Part shown: positions 19,811 through 30,473 of the stretch, one piece after another
Numbering within the stretch: the first letter of the stretch is position 1
Layout: each line of letters starts with the position of its first letter
Virus record (IMG/VR): IMGVR_UViG_3300037454_000603
Coordinates: 79,646-143,645 of that record
DNA: 64,000 nt
From: a virus
Lineage: Duplodnaviria; Heunggongvirae; Uroviricota; Caudoviricetes
Direction: 5' to 3' (one strand)
Notes under the pieces: model-generated
What the model saw: only the letters and a program-made list of their open reading frames with translations
Database searches by the model: none
What the model was told of the DNA's origin: nothing
Position numbers and translations under genes: made by a program

Positions 19811-21743
19811 TATTAAAACTTCTAAAAATTTTGTTACTCAGTGGAATAAAATGTAGAGTGAATTTGGTACTGAGCTAGCCTCATTAAATGGTTTCGGTGA
19901 CGAACAACTCTCTTATGGAGATTTTATTGATAATTTTATTGATGAGAAAGTTGTTGCTGACAGCAGTATTGATGCTAACAGTAATGTCCGTAGAAAAGAT
20001 ATCGTGACTTTGCTTTCTGAAATGCCAAAACCTCATAGAAAACTTATGGCTTTTCATAAGATTTACTACGAAATGTAGAAAGAATATGGCTTTAAGATAG
20101 CTAATGATTGGTTCCGCAGAGAATGGATTGGAGAAATTTATCTTCACGATGCAGACACCTCTACCTTTAAACATTACTGTTTCGCTTATGATTTGAAGGA
20201 ACTTGCAGAAAAAGGACTTTTCTTCCTTGAAGATACCTTTAATCCTCAGCCGCCAAAGCACTTAACTACCTTTATTGACTTTGTTAAGGAATATATAAAT
20301 TTTGCTAGTAATAGAAGCTCAGGCGCGGTTGGACTGCCAAACCTTATTCCTTATATGTATTACTTTTGGTATATAGATAAAAAGCAGGGCTATCTTGGAA
20401 TTGTTGATTGGGATAAGTACGCTAGACAGAATATTCAGAGATTTATTTATGCAGTGAATCAACCTTGCGTAAGGGATGGTCAACAATCTGCATTTACAAA
20501 TACTTCCGTCTTTGATAGAGAATACCTTGTAGCTCTCTTTGGCGGCGCAGAGTTCCCTAATGGAGAATTTATGATTGACCATATAGAAGGAATTATGGAG
20601 TTCCAGAAAACTTACATGGAAGTAATGGGTAACATTAGAAATGAAAATATGTTTACATTCCCTGTAAGTTCAATTTCTTTGGTAAGAAAGAATGGAGAAT
20701 TTGCTGACGAAGAATTTACAGAGTGGGCAATTAAGCATAATATGCTATGGCTTGACAGTAATTTGTTTATAGACAGTGATGTTACAAGCTTGTCTAATTG
20801 TTGCCGTCTTAAGAGTAACATTAAAGACCTTGGGTATTTTAATTCAATAGGCGGAACAGCGCTTAAGGTAGGTTCTGTAAAGGTTAACACAATTAATTTG
20901 GCAAGACTTGCTCTTGATACAAATTCCAAAGAAGAATACTTGAAAGAGCTTAAAAATAGAGTTCTTTGTAGTATTAGAGTTCTTCACGTTGTTCGTCACA
21001 TTATTCAGAGAGATGTGGAAAAAGGGCTTCTTCCTAACTTCACTCATGGACTAGTAGACTTTGAACATTTGTATAATACCATTGGCTTTATTGGTATCTA
21101 TGAAACCATGAAGAAATTTGGCTTTACTTATCAGGACAAGCTTGGTAATACTTATTATACAAAAGAAGCTGAAGACCTTGGAAAGAAAATTTTTGAAACT
21201 ATTAGAGAAGTAGCCGACGAATTCATTAAGGAAAATAACTGCAATTATATGATTAATACAGAGCAGATTCCTGGTGAACAAAGCGCCGCCAAGCTAATGA
21301 GAAAGGATAAGTTTTTCTATCCAAAGGCAGATATTTACGACTTGCCTCTCTATGGTAATCAGTTTATGCCTCTTGGTATTAAAGCAACTTTGAATGAAAG
21401 AATAAGAGTGCAGGCGTTGTTTGATAGTTTCTGCAATGGTGGTAGTATCCTTCATGCCAATATTGATACTCCTTTTAAGAGCTATGAGACTGCTAGAAAA
21501 ATGGTCGAGTATATTGCAGACCAGGGTGTTACCTATTTTGCTTTCAACACCAAAATTCAAGCCTGCGAAGATAATCATGCTTTTTACGGAACAACCTGCC
21601 CAACCTGCGGCAAGCCTATGGCAACTGAATATACTCGAGTAGTTGGTTTCTTAACTCCTATTAAGACATGGACTAAGGATAGAAGAAAGGAATATACAAT
21701 GAGAAGATGGGAGCCTATTAATAATGACACTTCTAACACCTAA
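19800..21743 (+). CDS. nrdD: anaerobic (class III) ribonucleotide reductase, 647 aa (2 TAG in the N-terminal 90 codons)
   Basis: GTG 19800 in frame with track ORF 20193; YLHD, YCFAY, SNCCRL, CxxC...CPTC and glycyl-radical TRVVGFL motifs. Confidence 0.88.
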
Positions 21744-22062
21744 TGACCTCGAAAGAATAAAGGAAATTGGGCGTAAACTTCAAGGATTAAGACTCGTTGG
21801 TGGACCAGTAGATGATGTTGGTCCACTTCGAATTACTATGGAAGATATTACGCCGCCGACCAGAGAGGAAGAGGAAAAGATTTTGAAAGAATTTGCAGAG
21901 ACTTTAAAAGAGCTGGCGAAGGAGAGAGAAGAAATTACCTATCCTCCAAAGCTTTTTCTACCAGAGGAAGAAATTGAACGGTTTATAGAAGCTGGATATC
22001 CTGCTGATTCACTTTTTCCTTTGCCAGAACAAGCTGGTACAGAGGAGGATTATTTTAAATGA
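21724..22062 (+). CDS. acidic hypothetical protein
   Basis: 112 aa ORF overlapping the nrdD end. Confidence 0.6.
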   Translation: MTLLTPNDLERIKEIGRKLQGLRLVGGPVDDVGPLRITMEDITPPTREEEEKILKEFAETLKELAKEREEITYPPKLFLPEEEIERFIEAGYPADSLFPLPEQAGTEEDYFK

Positions 22063-22508
22063 TAATTGAAAATATAAATTATGATATAATTAAAGACTGT
22101 GCTTTACGATTAAAATACCTCAAAGATTTTTTCTTCTCTACAAATATTTATATTATTAACAAAGAAGATGCCGATAAAATCTCTTTATTAATAAGAGCCA
22201 TAAGCGGTATTTGTCCATCAATAAGAAATGGACATATTTGCTTTATTAATAAAAAAAGTAGAATTGAAATTTGGTATGGAGACGGTCTTAAAACTATAGG
22301 TCGTTGGTCGCGAAGCAATTTAGCAATAGTTGATACTGAAACGACTTTAAATGAAATTTTAAATTTGTACTTACCAACCAATAATTTAAAACCAAATTAT
22401 GGCACTTATTATTATGATGTAGAAAATTTTGACTATTTTAAAGAATGTTTTGAGAGAGATTTAGATAAACAACAATTTTATATTCCAACAATAGAAAATG
22501 AGATTTGA
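22059..22508 (+). CDS. hypothetical protein
   Basis: 149 aa; ATGA overlap with previous gene. Confidence 0.6.
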   Translation: MIIENINYDIIKDCALRLKYLKDFFFSTNIYIINKEDADKISLLIRAISGICPSIRNGHICFINKKSRIEIWYGDGLKTIGRWSRSNLAIVDTETTLNEILNLYLPTNNLKPNYGTYYYDVENFDYFKECFERDLDKQQFYIPTIENEI

Positions 22509-22514
22509 AGGAGA

Positions 22515-22796
22515 ATGAAAATGGAAGACAGACTGATTGAACTTGTTAGTTTGGCGGAACAGCGAGGGTATTTTAAACCCTCGCCAAAAGAAATTATATA
22601 TTTAGGTTCTTTACCCTATACAGTTAATGAGGCTGGAATATATGTTGAATATCATGAAGACGCTCACGCTGCTACAGAAATTATTAAATTATTAATTCCT
22701 TCAATGAGTAAAGAAGAAATAAAATCGTTTATAGAAGAAATGGAAGTTTTTATAAAAGAGAAGGAGAAAGAAAATGATAATAAAGAATCTGATTGA
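22515..22796 (+). CDS. hypothetical protein
   Basis: 93 aa; AAGGAG RBS. Confidence 0.6.
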   Translation: MKMEDRLIELVSLAEQRGYFKPSPKEIIYLGSLPYTVNEAGIYVEYHEDAHAATEIIKLLIPSMSKEEIKSFIEEMEVFIKEKEKENDNKESD

Positions 22797-23400
22797 CGAA
22801 GACTTTGTTAATTATAAAAAGCCATCAATGTTTATTGGAGCAGTTTCTTGTTCCTTTAAATGTGATAAAGAGTGCGGCAAGCCAGTATGTCAGAATTCTG
22901 AGCTTGCCAAAGCTCCTATAATTGACGTAGAAATTAATGAAGTTATAGAGAGATATTTAAATAATCCTATTACAGAAGCTGTTGTTTGGGGCGGGCTTGA
23001 GCCCTTTGATGATTTTTTAGACCTGAAAGATTTTGTAGGATATTTTAGAAAAGTAAGTCAAGATGATATAGTTATTTATACTGGTTATTATCCAAAGGAA
23101 ATATTAACTAAGCTTTATTATCTTTGGCTTTTAAGAGGTGAAGGAAATATAGTAATAAAGTTTGGAAGATTTATTCCTGATAGACCTCACAAATATGATG
23201 AATTACTGGAAATCGAATTGGCTTCTGACAATCAGTTCGCCTTAAAAATAACTGATATATTCGATGATGAAGGTATTGTAATTTCCGAAGAGTATATGAC
23301 CGACAAAATGAGGGAGATACTTAAAGCTTTAGGTGAAAATTATGGTTATCCTATAACAAAGGAAGAATTGCTTAAAAATAAAAATTTTAAGGAGAACTAA
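22774..23400 (+). CDS. nrdG: anaerobic RNR activating radical-SAM protein
   Basis: EDFVNYKKPSMFIGAVSCSFKCDKECGKPVCQN, WGGLEPF, IYTGY, KFGRF. Confidence 0.8.
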   Translation: MIIKNLIDEDFVNYKKPSMFIGAVSCSFKCDKECGKPVCQNSELAKAPIIDVEINEVIERYLNNPITEAVVWGGLEPFDDFLDLKDFVGYFRKVSQDDIVIYTGYYPKEILTKLYYLWLLRGEGNIVIKFGRFIPDRPHKYDELLEIELASDNQFALKITDIFDDEGIVISEEYMTDKMREILKALGENYGYPITKEELLKNKNFKEN

Positions 23401-23401
23401 A

Positions 23402-23620
23402 ATGATAATTGAAAATTTAAGTAGAGAAGAAATGATTAATTTTATTAAAAGATATTGTGTCAAAGTCATTAAAGATATCCCTGGTACTAATTTTAAAGCA
23501 GGAGAATATTATAGAGTTTATCAGGATGAGGGCGGCGGTGCACTAATAGATGATAAAGGAAACTGGTTTGATTTCTTCGATTTGCATAATCCTAGTGAAT
23601 ATTTGGAGGGAAAGAAATGA
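23402..23620 (+). CDS. hypothetical protein
   Basis: 72 aa; AGGAG RBS. Confidence 0.6.
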   Translation: MIIENLSREEMINFIKRYCVKVIKDIPGTNFKAGEYYRVYQDEGGGALIDDKGNWFDFFDLHNPSEYLEGKK

Positions 23621-24525
23621 AAGACCTAATAATTCTCGGTAATGGCATGGCAGGAATGACTGCTGCCCTCTATGCCAAAAGAGCTAACCTTGACTTTAGA
23701 TTGGTAGGAAAAGACGAATATGACTTTGGACAAATTGGTAATGCCATACTCGTTGAAAACTTTCCTTGCGCGGCCAGCCAGTCTGGCTTTGAACTTGCTA
23801 GCAGTCTACATGATCAGCTTGAGGCTAATGGTGTAAAAGTTGAGGAACATACAATTAGTAAAATAATGCAAATGTCAGATGGTATTTTTTCAATATACTA
23901 TGAAGATGGAACTGTTGACTTAACTAAAAGTATAATCTATGCTCTCGGCGCAAGACATAGACAACTAAATTGTGAAATTGATAATGGTGTTAAACTTCAT
24001 TACTGTGCTTTATGTGATGGAGCATTATATAAAGATAAAGTTGTAGCAGTTATAGGTGGCGGCGATGTCGCTTTCACACAAGCAGAATATCTTTCAAAGA
24101 TTTGCAAAGATGTTTACATTGTAATGTGCGACCAAAATGTTACTGCCGCACCGACAACTTTTGACAGAGTTTCAAAACTCCACAATGTTCATATTTGGTA
24201 TGATGCACCAGTTACTTCAATTTCCAAGGATAATGAGGGGACTTGTTGGATATGGTGTAAAGGAGTAAGAGGTCCTCTGTTTGCAGAAGGTATATTCGTA
24301 GCAATAGGAATGATACCTAATACTCAATCAATAGCACCATCCAGCCCAATAATAACCGATACATTCGGATATATTCAAGCAGATGAAAATGGCAAGACTA
24401 AAATAGATGGTTTCTTCGCCGCGGGAGACGTAAGAGCTAAATCAGTCCGTCAAGCACTTACTGCCGCGGCAGATGGAGCTAATGCAGTTAATTCTGTTAT
24501 TAGATATTTAAAAAATCGAGAGTGA
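23617..24525 (+). CDS. trxB: thioredoxin-disulfide reductase
   Basis: GNGMAGMTAA FAD motif, YCALCDG redox CxxC, IGGGDVA, FAAGDV. Confidence 0.88.
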   Translation: MKDLIILGNGMAGMTAALYAKRANLDFRLVGKDEYDFGQIGNAILVENFPCAASQSGFELASSLHDQLEANGVKVEEHTISKIMQMSDGIFSIYYEDGTVDLTKSIIYALGARHRQLNCEIDNGVKLHYCALCDGALYKDKVVAVIGGGDVAFTQAEYLSKICKDVYIVMCDQNVTAAPTTFDRVSKLHNVHIWYDAPVTSISKDNEGTCWIWCKGVRGPLFAEGIFVAIGMIPNTQSIAPSSPIITDTFGYIQADENGKTKIDGFFAAGDVRAKSVRQALTAAADGANAVNSVIRYLKNRE

Positions 24526-24531
24526 TGATAG

Positions 24532-24726
24532 ATGAGAAATAGAGATTGGTTTTTAAAACATTGCTTATATGATATGTTTATTTTAATGTAGGAACAAAGA
24601 GGAAATTGTATTATTGAAGATTTAACTAATACAATTCCAAAAACTTGTATTAGATTATTAAATTCTCCATTCGAATCTTGTAAAGAATGTATTTAGGATT
24701 GGCTTAATTAGGAACACGATAAATAA
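24532..24726 (+). CDS. small Cys-containing protein (3 TAG)
   Basis: 64 aa with TAG=Q; C..C...CKECIQDWLNQE. Confidence 0.45.
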
Positions 24727-24803
24727 TCTAATTACCTCGTGCCGCCCTACCATAGAATTGAATTGATCTGGCGGCGCAGGGTTGGAAGGAGAGGTTAAAT
24801 TAA

Positions 24804-25085
24804 ATGTCATTAAAATTTACTAAAGCAGAAGATTTTGATTATTATATCGAAGATTATATGTTGCAAAGAAGTACAGATGAACTTTATGTATATCTTAGAT
24901 GTGGTTATACAGAAGAAGAAATGTTAAATTCAGCTTTTAGAAATGAAGTCTGTTGTGCAGACTTTCCAACTGGTGTCCTTTGGTTTGTGGATTGGTGGGA
25001 AGGGCAGCAATTTACAGAGATAGCCTCAATTATGACAAGAGAAGAACTTGAAACGATTTTAAAAGAAAAAGGAGAAGAGTTTTAA
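24804..25085 (+). CDS. hypothetical protein
   Basis: 93 aa; GAGG RBS. Confidence 0.6.
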   Translation: MSLKFTKAEDFDYYIEDYMLQRSTDELYVYLRCGYTEEEMLNSAFRNEVCCADFPTGVLWFVDWWEGQQFTEIASIMTREELETILKEKGEEF

Positions 25086-25339
25086 TGAAGACGATTATTG
25101 AAGGTAATTTGGATGTTCTAAAAGAATATAAATATTTTGGTTGTACTCGTTGTGGTTGGGCAGGTAAAGCTGAACTCGGTGAGTATGAGTACTTTGGAAA
25201 TCAAATAGAAGGAGACGATTGGAGAGTTCCTTGCCCTTGTTGTAGAACTTTTGCTTATACAATCAAAGATAAAAATATACTCGCAAGGATTATTAAGGAA
25301 GAAAATAAAAATGATAGTGATTATTGGGAAAATAGGTAA
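25085..25339 (+). CDS. small Zn-ribbon protein
   Basis: CTRCGW...CPCC. Confidence 0.6.
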   Translation: MKTIIEGNLDVLKEYKYFGCTRCGWAGKAELGEYEYFGNQIEGDDWRVPCPCCRTFAYTIKDKNILARIIKEENKNDSDYWENR

Positions 25340-25369
25340 GAGGATAGAGTTTAAAACTCTATTCTCTTT

Positions 25370-25398
25370 TTGACTTTTTAGAATTTTTATGATATAAT
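25370..25398 (+). promoter_or_regulatory. extended -10 sigma70-type promoter
   Basis: TTGACT-N17-TATAAT with TGn; preceded by a terminator hairpin. Confidence 0.75.
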
Positions 25399-25427
25399 TA
25401 TAAAAGAATAAAAAAGGAGGTTTATAA

Positions 25428-26156
25428 ATGGAATATAGTGCTAAAGATATAGTCTCTTTGAGCGCAGGAAGAGCCTTTGGATATATTTATATAATAACAA
25501 ATGATATAAATGATAAAGTTTATATTGGAAAAACTACAACCACTATAAAAAATAGATTTTTGCGTCATTGTAAAGACGGGAGAATTGATAAAAATATTCA
25601 TTCTTTAGATTATAATATTCAAAGGATCGGGAAAGAACATTTTAAAGTTGCTGAAATAGAACGTTGCCCAATTGAATAGTTATCAGAAAAAGAAAAATAT
25701 TGGATAAAATATTATGATAGTTATAATAAAGGATACAATTTAACGCTTGGCGGAGAAGGTAATCAACTTTTTTCAGAAAAGGAAATACTTTTAGGACTAA
25801 AAATGTATCAAGATGGTGAACCATTAAATGTTATAACTCAAAAAACAGGTATGTCATTCAACACTCTTTATAAATATTTACATGCTTATAATATACCATT
25901 AAGAGAAGAAACTAATCATCAATATAAAGCTCGTGTAGAAAACTTTAAGAAAGCTACTCGAGTAAGACAAGTAAAAGTTCATAACATAAGTTTAAATCTA
26001 TATTATGATTCTAAAAAAGAAGCACTTCTTGATATGATTGAAAAAGGTTATAGCAAAGCAAAAGATTGGCATAATATTCGTGCTCCACTAGATAAAGCGT
26101 TAAAAGATAGTAGTAAAACTTTTTTAAATTTTTATTGGAGGATTATAAATGAATAA
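25428..26156 (+). CDS. GIY-YIG homing endonuclease (242 aa; 1 TAG) with a GyrB-like 17-aa leader
   Basis: GYIYIITN...KVYIGKT...RFLRH...E(TAG)LSEKEKYWI...GYNLTLGGEG; C-terminal HTH-like segment; overlaps the gyrB start. Confidence 0.82.
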
Positions 26157-28008
26157 TTATGATATAAACGCAATAGAAAGTCTTTCATTTAAGGAAGGTG
26201 TACAACGCCGTATTCAAATGTATCTTGGGTCCTCTACAACAGAGGGTCTTTGGCAGGGATTAAAGGAAATTATCAATAATTCAACAGATGAAGCATTAGC
26301 TGGTTATGGTAATAAAATTATTATAACTGTAAAAGAAAAAGACCAAGAATTCTCCGTTCGAGATTTTGGGCGTTCAGTCCCTTTTGGTTTTCGTGAAAAT
26401 GGAGAAAATGTTCTTGTTTCAATCTTTTCAAAAGCTCACACTGGAGGAAAATTTGACCACAAGGCGTACGCTCAATCAGTAGGCACAAATGGAATTGGGT
26501 CAAGTGCTACATGTCTTTCAGCTACCTATTTCCAGGTAGAAAGTTATCGTGATGGCACCGCGGCAATAGCAAGATTTGAAAATGGAGATAATGTTTCTTA
26601 TAAAGAAATAAAAACGCAAGAACCTACAGGAACTTATATCTTTTATAGCCCTTCTAAAGAAGTATTTAAAGATGCAGAAGAACCTTTAACTTATCAAAGA
26701 ATTTGTGATGAAGTGAAGAATATTTCTTATTTGAATAGTGGAGTTAAATTTATTGTTATTAATAAGGATACAAATGAAGAAAAAGAATATTATTCTAAAA
26801 ATGGTATTTCAGATTTTATTTTAGATAAGGTCAATTCTCCTTTAATGAAAAAACCTATTCTTTGTTCAAAAACAGATGAAACTGATGAGGTTGAAGTTGC
26901 TTTAATTTGGACAAAAGATAAAGAACAGTTTTATTGTTTTGTAAATGGTGGTTATTGTAATGATGGAGGAACACCTATCACTGGTGCGAAGACCAGTATT
27001 ACTAATACTCTTAAACGTCTTATTGGAAAAGAGATAGAACCAGAATTATTCCGAAAAGGACTTTGTTATGTAATTAACTGTAAGGTAGCCAATCCTAGCT
27101 TCGAAGGACAAACCAAAAATCGTATCAATAATAGCAACTTACGTTCGCTCGCAAGTCAGGCTGTGAAAGAAGGATTGGAACAGTTTGGGAATAGTAATGA
27201 ATTTAAAACTATTTCTGATATGATTATTGTAGCTCAAAAAGCTGAAAGAGCAGCAGAGCGTGAAAGGCAAAAAGTTCTCAATGCAGATAAAGACGTTGAA
27301 AAAGAAATTAAGAAAAAAGCTGTTATGGGCAGCAAGCTGAAGGATTGCCGAATTCATGATGAAAATTCAGTTTTGTATATTACAGAAGGTGACTCGGCCC
27401 TTGGCTCATTTACAGCCTCAAGAGACAGCACTTATGTTGCCGCGATGCCTATTAGAGGTAAAATAATCAATGCCCTTAAAAATCCTCTGGAAGATGTTCT
27501 TGATAATGAAGAAGTCAAAGATATAGCCAAAGCTTGTGGGTGTGGTATCCTAGAAAAAACAAATGTTAAAAAACTTCGTTATGGAAAAATTTGCTTTGCA
27601 GCAGATGCAGATCCAGATGGTTATGCGATTGTATGTTTGCTACTTGTTTTATTTTATCAACTTATGCCTGAATTAATTAAAGCAGGAAAAATTTATTGGG
27701 CACAATTCCCCCTTTATGAAGTTTATAATGGTAAACAGCGTATGTTCGCTTATGATGATGATGAGCTAGCTAAAATTATTCATGGTCACCCTAATGTTCG
27801 TTATGATAGGAACAAAGGCTTGGGAGAAATGGACTCTGATGCCTTTGCAGAGGCTGCCTTTGGTCCGAACGCCAGAATGATACAGTTTACTATGAATGAC
27901 GTAGCAGCGGCACAGCATATTTTAGAGGTTCTTTTAGGAAAGAAAAATGCTGAAAGAACAGATTATATTTTTAAAAACGTTGATTTTAGTGTTATAGAGG
28001 GAGAATAA
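26149..28008 (+). CDS. gyrB: type IIA topoisomerase subunit B (GyrB/ParE)
   Basis: EIINNSTDE, DFGRSVP, HTGGKF, GIGSS GHKL motifs; TOPRIM EGDSA, PIRGK, DADPDG. Confidence 0.92.
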   Translation: MNNYDINAIESLSFKEGVQRRIQMYLGSSTTEGLWQGLKEIINNSTDEALAGYGNKIIITVKEKDQEFSVRDFGRSVPFGFRENGENVLVSIFSKAHTGGKFDHKAYAQSVGTNGIGSSATCLSATYFQVESYRDGTAAIARFENGDNVSYKEIKTQEPTGTYIFYSPSKEVFKDAEEPLTYQRICDEVKNISYLNSGVKFIVINKDTNEEKEYYSKNGISDFILDKVNSPLMKKPILCSKTDETDEVEVALIWTKDKEQFYCFVNGGYCNDGGTPITGAKTSITNTLKRLIGKEIEPELFRKGLCYVINCKVANPSFEGQTKNRINNSNLRSLASQAVKEGLEQFGNSNEFKTISDMIIVAQKAERAAERERQKVLNADKDVEKEIKKKAVMGSKLKDCRIHDENSVLYITEGDSALGSFTASRDSTYVAAMPIRGKIINALKNPLEDVLDNEEVKDIAKACGCGILEKTNVKKLRYGKICFAADADPDGYAIVCLLLVLFYQLMPELIKAGKIYWAQFPLYEVYNGKQRMFAYDDDELAKIIHGHPNVRYDRNKGLGEMDSDAFAEAAFGPNARMIQFTMNDVAAAQHILEVLLGKKNAERTDYIFKNVDFSVIEGE

Positions 28009-28025
28009 GATGTCTTATTCTCCTT

Positions 28026-28054
28026 TTGACTTTTTTAAAAAATTATGATATAAT
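28026..28054 (+). promoter_or_regulatory. internal promoter before gyrA
   Basis: TTGACT-N17-TATAAT with TGn. Confidence 0.7.
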
Positions 28055-28083
28055 ATAAAAAATAAAAGAAATGGAGGAAACAA

Positions 28084-30468
28084 ATGGGTATTATTATTTC
28101 AAAAGAAATAAATGAGGCTGTTCCTGAGGCATATCTTCCTTTTAGTGCCTATGTTATTCAAACTCGTGCACTTCCAGACGCAAGGGATTGCCTTAAAACT
28201 GGCGGTAGATATATACTTTGGTCACAGTATTTTAACAAAAATACTTATGACAAAAATAGAAAAAAGGGCGCAGATATTGTTGGACCAGTAATGCACTGGA
28301 ATCCACACGGTGACGCAGGTATCTGGGGAAATATTGTTCGCTTTGCCAAGCCTTTTGCAATGAGATATCCTCTTGAAGACCCGAAAGGTAATGTCGGAAC
28401 TATGACGGCAGGAGATGACCATGCCGCCCCTCGTTATTTGGAGTTAAGAAGTTCAGAATTGGCTTCGGAATTTACAAAATTAATTAAGAAAGATACAATT
28501 GATGAATGGAAATTAAATTTTACAGGTGAAGATAAATATCCATCTGTATTTCCTACTTTATTCCCAAATTTTGTAAATGGTAATACGGGAATCGGTGTTG
28601 GATGCGTAAGTAGTATACCAACTTTTAATTTGAGAGAAGCTATTAATTCTTTGAAAATACTTGTTAAGGATCCCGATGCCGATTATGAAAAGATTTATAT
28701 AGCACCAGATTTTCCTACTGGAGCAACAATTATAAATGCGGATGCTGTAAAAGAGTCTCTTAAAACTGGACGAGGAAATGCAATTAAGCTTAGAGCTACA
28801 TTGGAATATAATTCTGATGAAAATTGTATCGAGGTTCAAGAAATACCATATCAAGTTTTTACAAACAGAATAATGGGAGAACTTGAAAAAGGAATTGAAG
28901 AAGGACGAATCCTTGGAATTAAAAGCTATTTTGATGGCACAGATAAATCTTGTGGAAAATATGGAACAAAAATAGTTATTTATTTAAATAAAGGAGCTAA
29001 TGTTTCTAAAGTTTGTAAAATGCTTTACAAAGAAACTTCATTGCAGTCTTCTTTCACGATTTGTCAACTGATGCTTGAAAACGGTATAAAGCCTAGAGAA
29101 TATGGTTTGAAAGACATGATGCTAGCATATCTTAATCATGCCACAGAATGTCTAAAAAAGTCTTATATTTATGACTATAAGAAACTTCAAAAGGCAATTC
29201 TAATAAATGAAGGGTTGCTAATAGCGATGGCAAATATAGATGAAGTAGTAGAGATTATAAAAAAGTCTGATAATGAAAAACAAGTAATTTCAATTTTTAA
29301 AGAAAAATATGGTTTAATCGAAGAGCAAACTAAAGCCATTTTAAATCTTAAACTTCAAAAACTAATGAAGCTTGAGGCTATAAAAATTGAAAAAGAATTG
29401 AATGAGCAGAGGGCAGAAGCTGAAAACTTAGATCAATTGATTAACAACAAAGATAAGTTTGATGAAGCTTTTATAGGCGAATTAGACAGAATTGCTAAGA
29501 AATATGGAGACGAAAGACGAACTAAAGTTTTGAATCTTCAAATAAGTAATGAAGAAGAAGCCGAACCTATTGAAAAGAAAGAACTTCTCATTTATTACAC
29601 CAACCTTGGTAACATTTATACTGTTGAATCTACGACACTCATGAAGACTCGCCGCGGCGGCAAGGGCTCTAAAGTTAAACTTAGTGATAATGAAGCTATA
29701 ACTAAAGTAATTAGAGACGATAATTTTGGCTCTTTACTTGTTTTTTCAAATCTTGGTAAAATGTATCATTTAAATGTTGATGATTTACCTGTAAATGGTA
29801 AAATTAATGTAGCTCAGCTTTTCGAGTTTGAGCGAGGTGAAAAGCCAACTACAATGACTACAATCAAGAAGAAAGATGAAATTAAGTATTTTACTTTTAT
29901 CACAAAGAATGGTATAATAAAGAAAACGTTAGCAACAGAATATAGTCAAAAGAGAGGAAAATCTCTTAAAGCAATTAATCTTAAAGATGGTGACGAAGTT
30001 GTCGATGTAATGTTTATGAATGAAGAGAAAGTTGGAATTTTGACTTCTAGTGGAAACTTTGTTATAATAAATACAGAAGATGTGAGAGAGACTGGAAGAG
30101 CCACAGCGGGCGTGAAAGCAATTAAGCTTTCTGACGGAGACTTTGTAATTGACTCTCATATTATACCAGATAATCATCAGTATATGATTACTCTTTCGGA
30201 AAAAGGCCTAACAAAGAAAACTTCAATAGAAGAATTTCCTCTTTGTACAAGAGCAACGAAAGGTAAAAAGATTTCTGGAACTAGAGATAATGATTCAATA
30301 ATCAAATTTTTGACTATCAAAGAAGATTGTGATATAATAATTATAGAAAAGAAGAGAAGTATTAAAATTTCTTCTTCTGAACTTAGACTTCTCTCGCGTG
30401 AAGCTACAGGAGTTAAGTCTATAAAAATAGAAGATAATGAACAAGCAATTGATTTGGTGGTGGAGTAG
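28084..30468 (+). CDS. gyrA: type IIA topoisomerase subunit A (GyrA-like, with beta-pinwheel CTD)
   Basis: RALPDARDCLK, HGD, AAPRY catalytic Tyr, PDFPTG, TRRGGKG GyrA-box-like motif, repeated GVKAIKL blades. Confidence 0.92.
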   Translation: MGIIISKEINEAVPEAYLPFSAYVIQTRALPDARDCLKTGGRYILWSQYFNKNTYDKNRKKGADIVGPVMHWNPHGDAGIWGNIVRFAKPFAMRYPLEDPKGNVGTMTAGDDHAAPRYLELRSSELASEFTKLIKKDTIDEWKLNFTGEDKYPSVFPTLFPNFVNGNTGIGVGCVSSIPTFNLREAINSLKILVKDPDADYEKIYIAPDFPTGATIINADAVKESLKTGRGNAIKLRATLEYNSDENCIEVQEIPYQVFTNRIMGELEKGIEEGRILGIKSYFDGTDKSCGKYGTKIVIYLNKGANVSKVCKMLYKETSLQSSFTICQLMLENGIKPREYGLKDMMLAYLNHATECLKKSYIYDYKKLQKAILINEGLLIAMANIDEVVEIIKKSDNEKQVISIFKEKYGLIEEQTKAILNLKLQKLMKLEAIKIEKELNEQRAEAENLDQLINNKDKFDEAFIGELDRIAKKYGDERRTKVLNLQISNEEEAEPIEKKELLIYYTNLGNIYTVESTTLMKTRRGGKGSKVKLSDNEAITKVIRDDNFGSLLVFSNLGKMYHLNVDDLPVNGKINVAQLFEFERGEKPTTMTTIKKKDEIKYFTFITKNGIIKKTLATEYSQKRGKSLKAINLKDGDEVVDVMFMNEEKVGILTSSGNFVIINTEDVRETGRATAGVKAIKLSDGDFVIDSHIIPDNHQYMITLSEKGLTKKTSIEEFPLCTRATKGKKISGTRDNDSIIKFLTIKEDCDIIIIEKKRSIKISSSELRLLSREATGVKSIKIEDNEQAIDLVVE

Positions 30469-30473
30469 AAAGA

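Noticed and set aside
25428-26156. Group I intron splitting gyrB
   Set aside because: Downstream gyrB has its own complete N-terminus, and no matching second exon or intron core was recognisable
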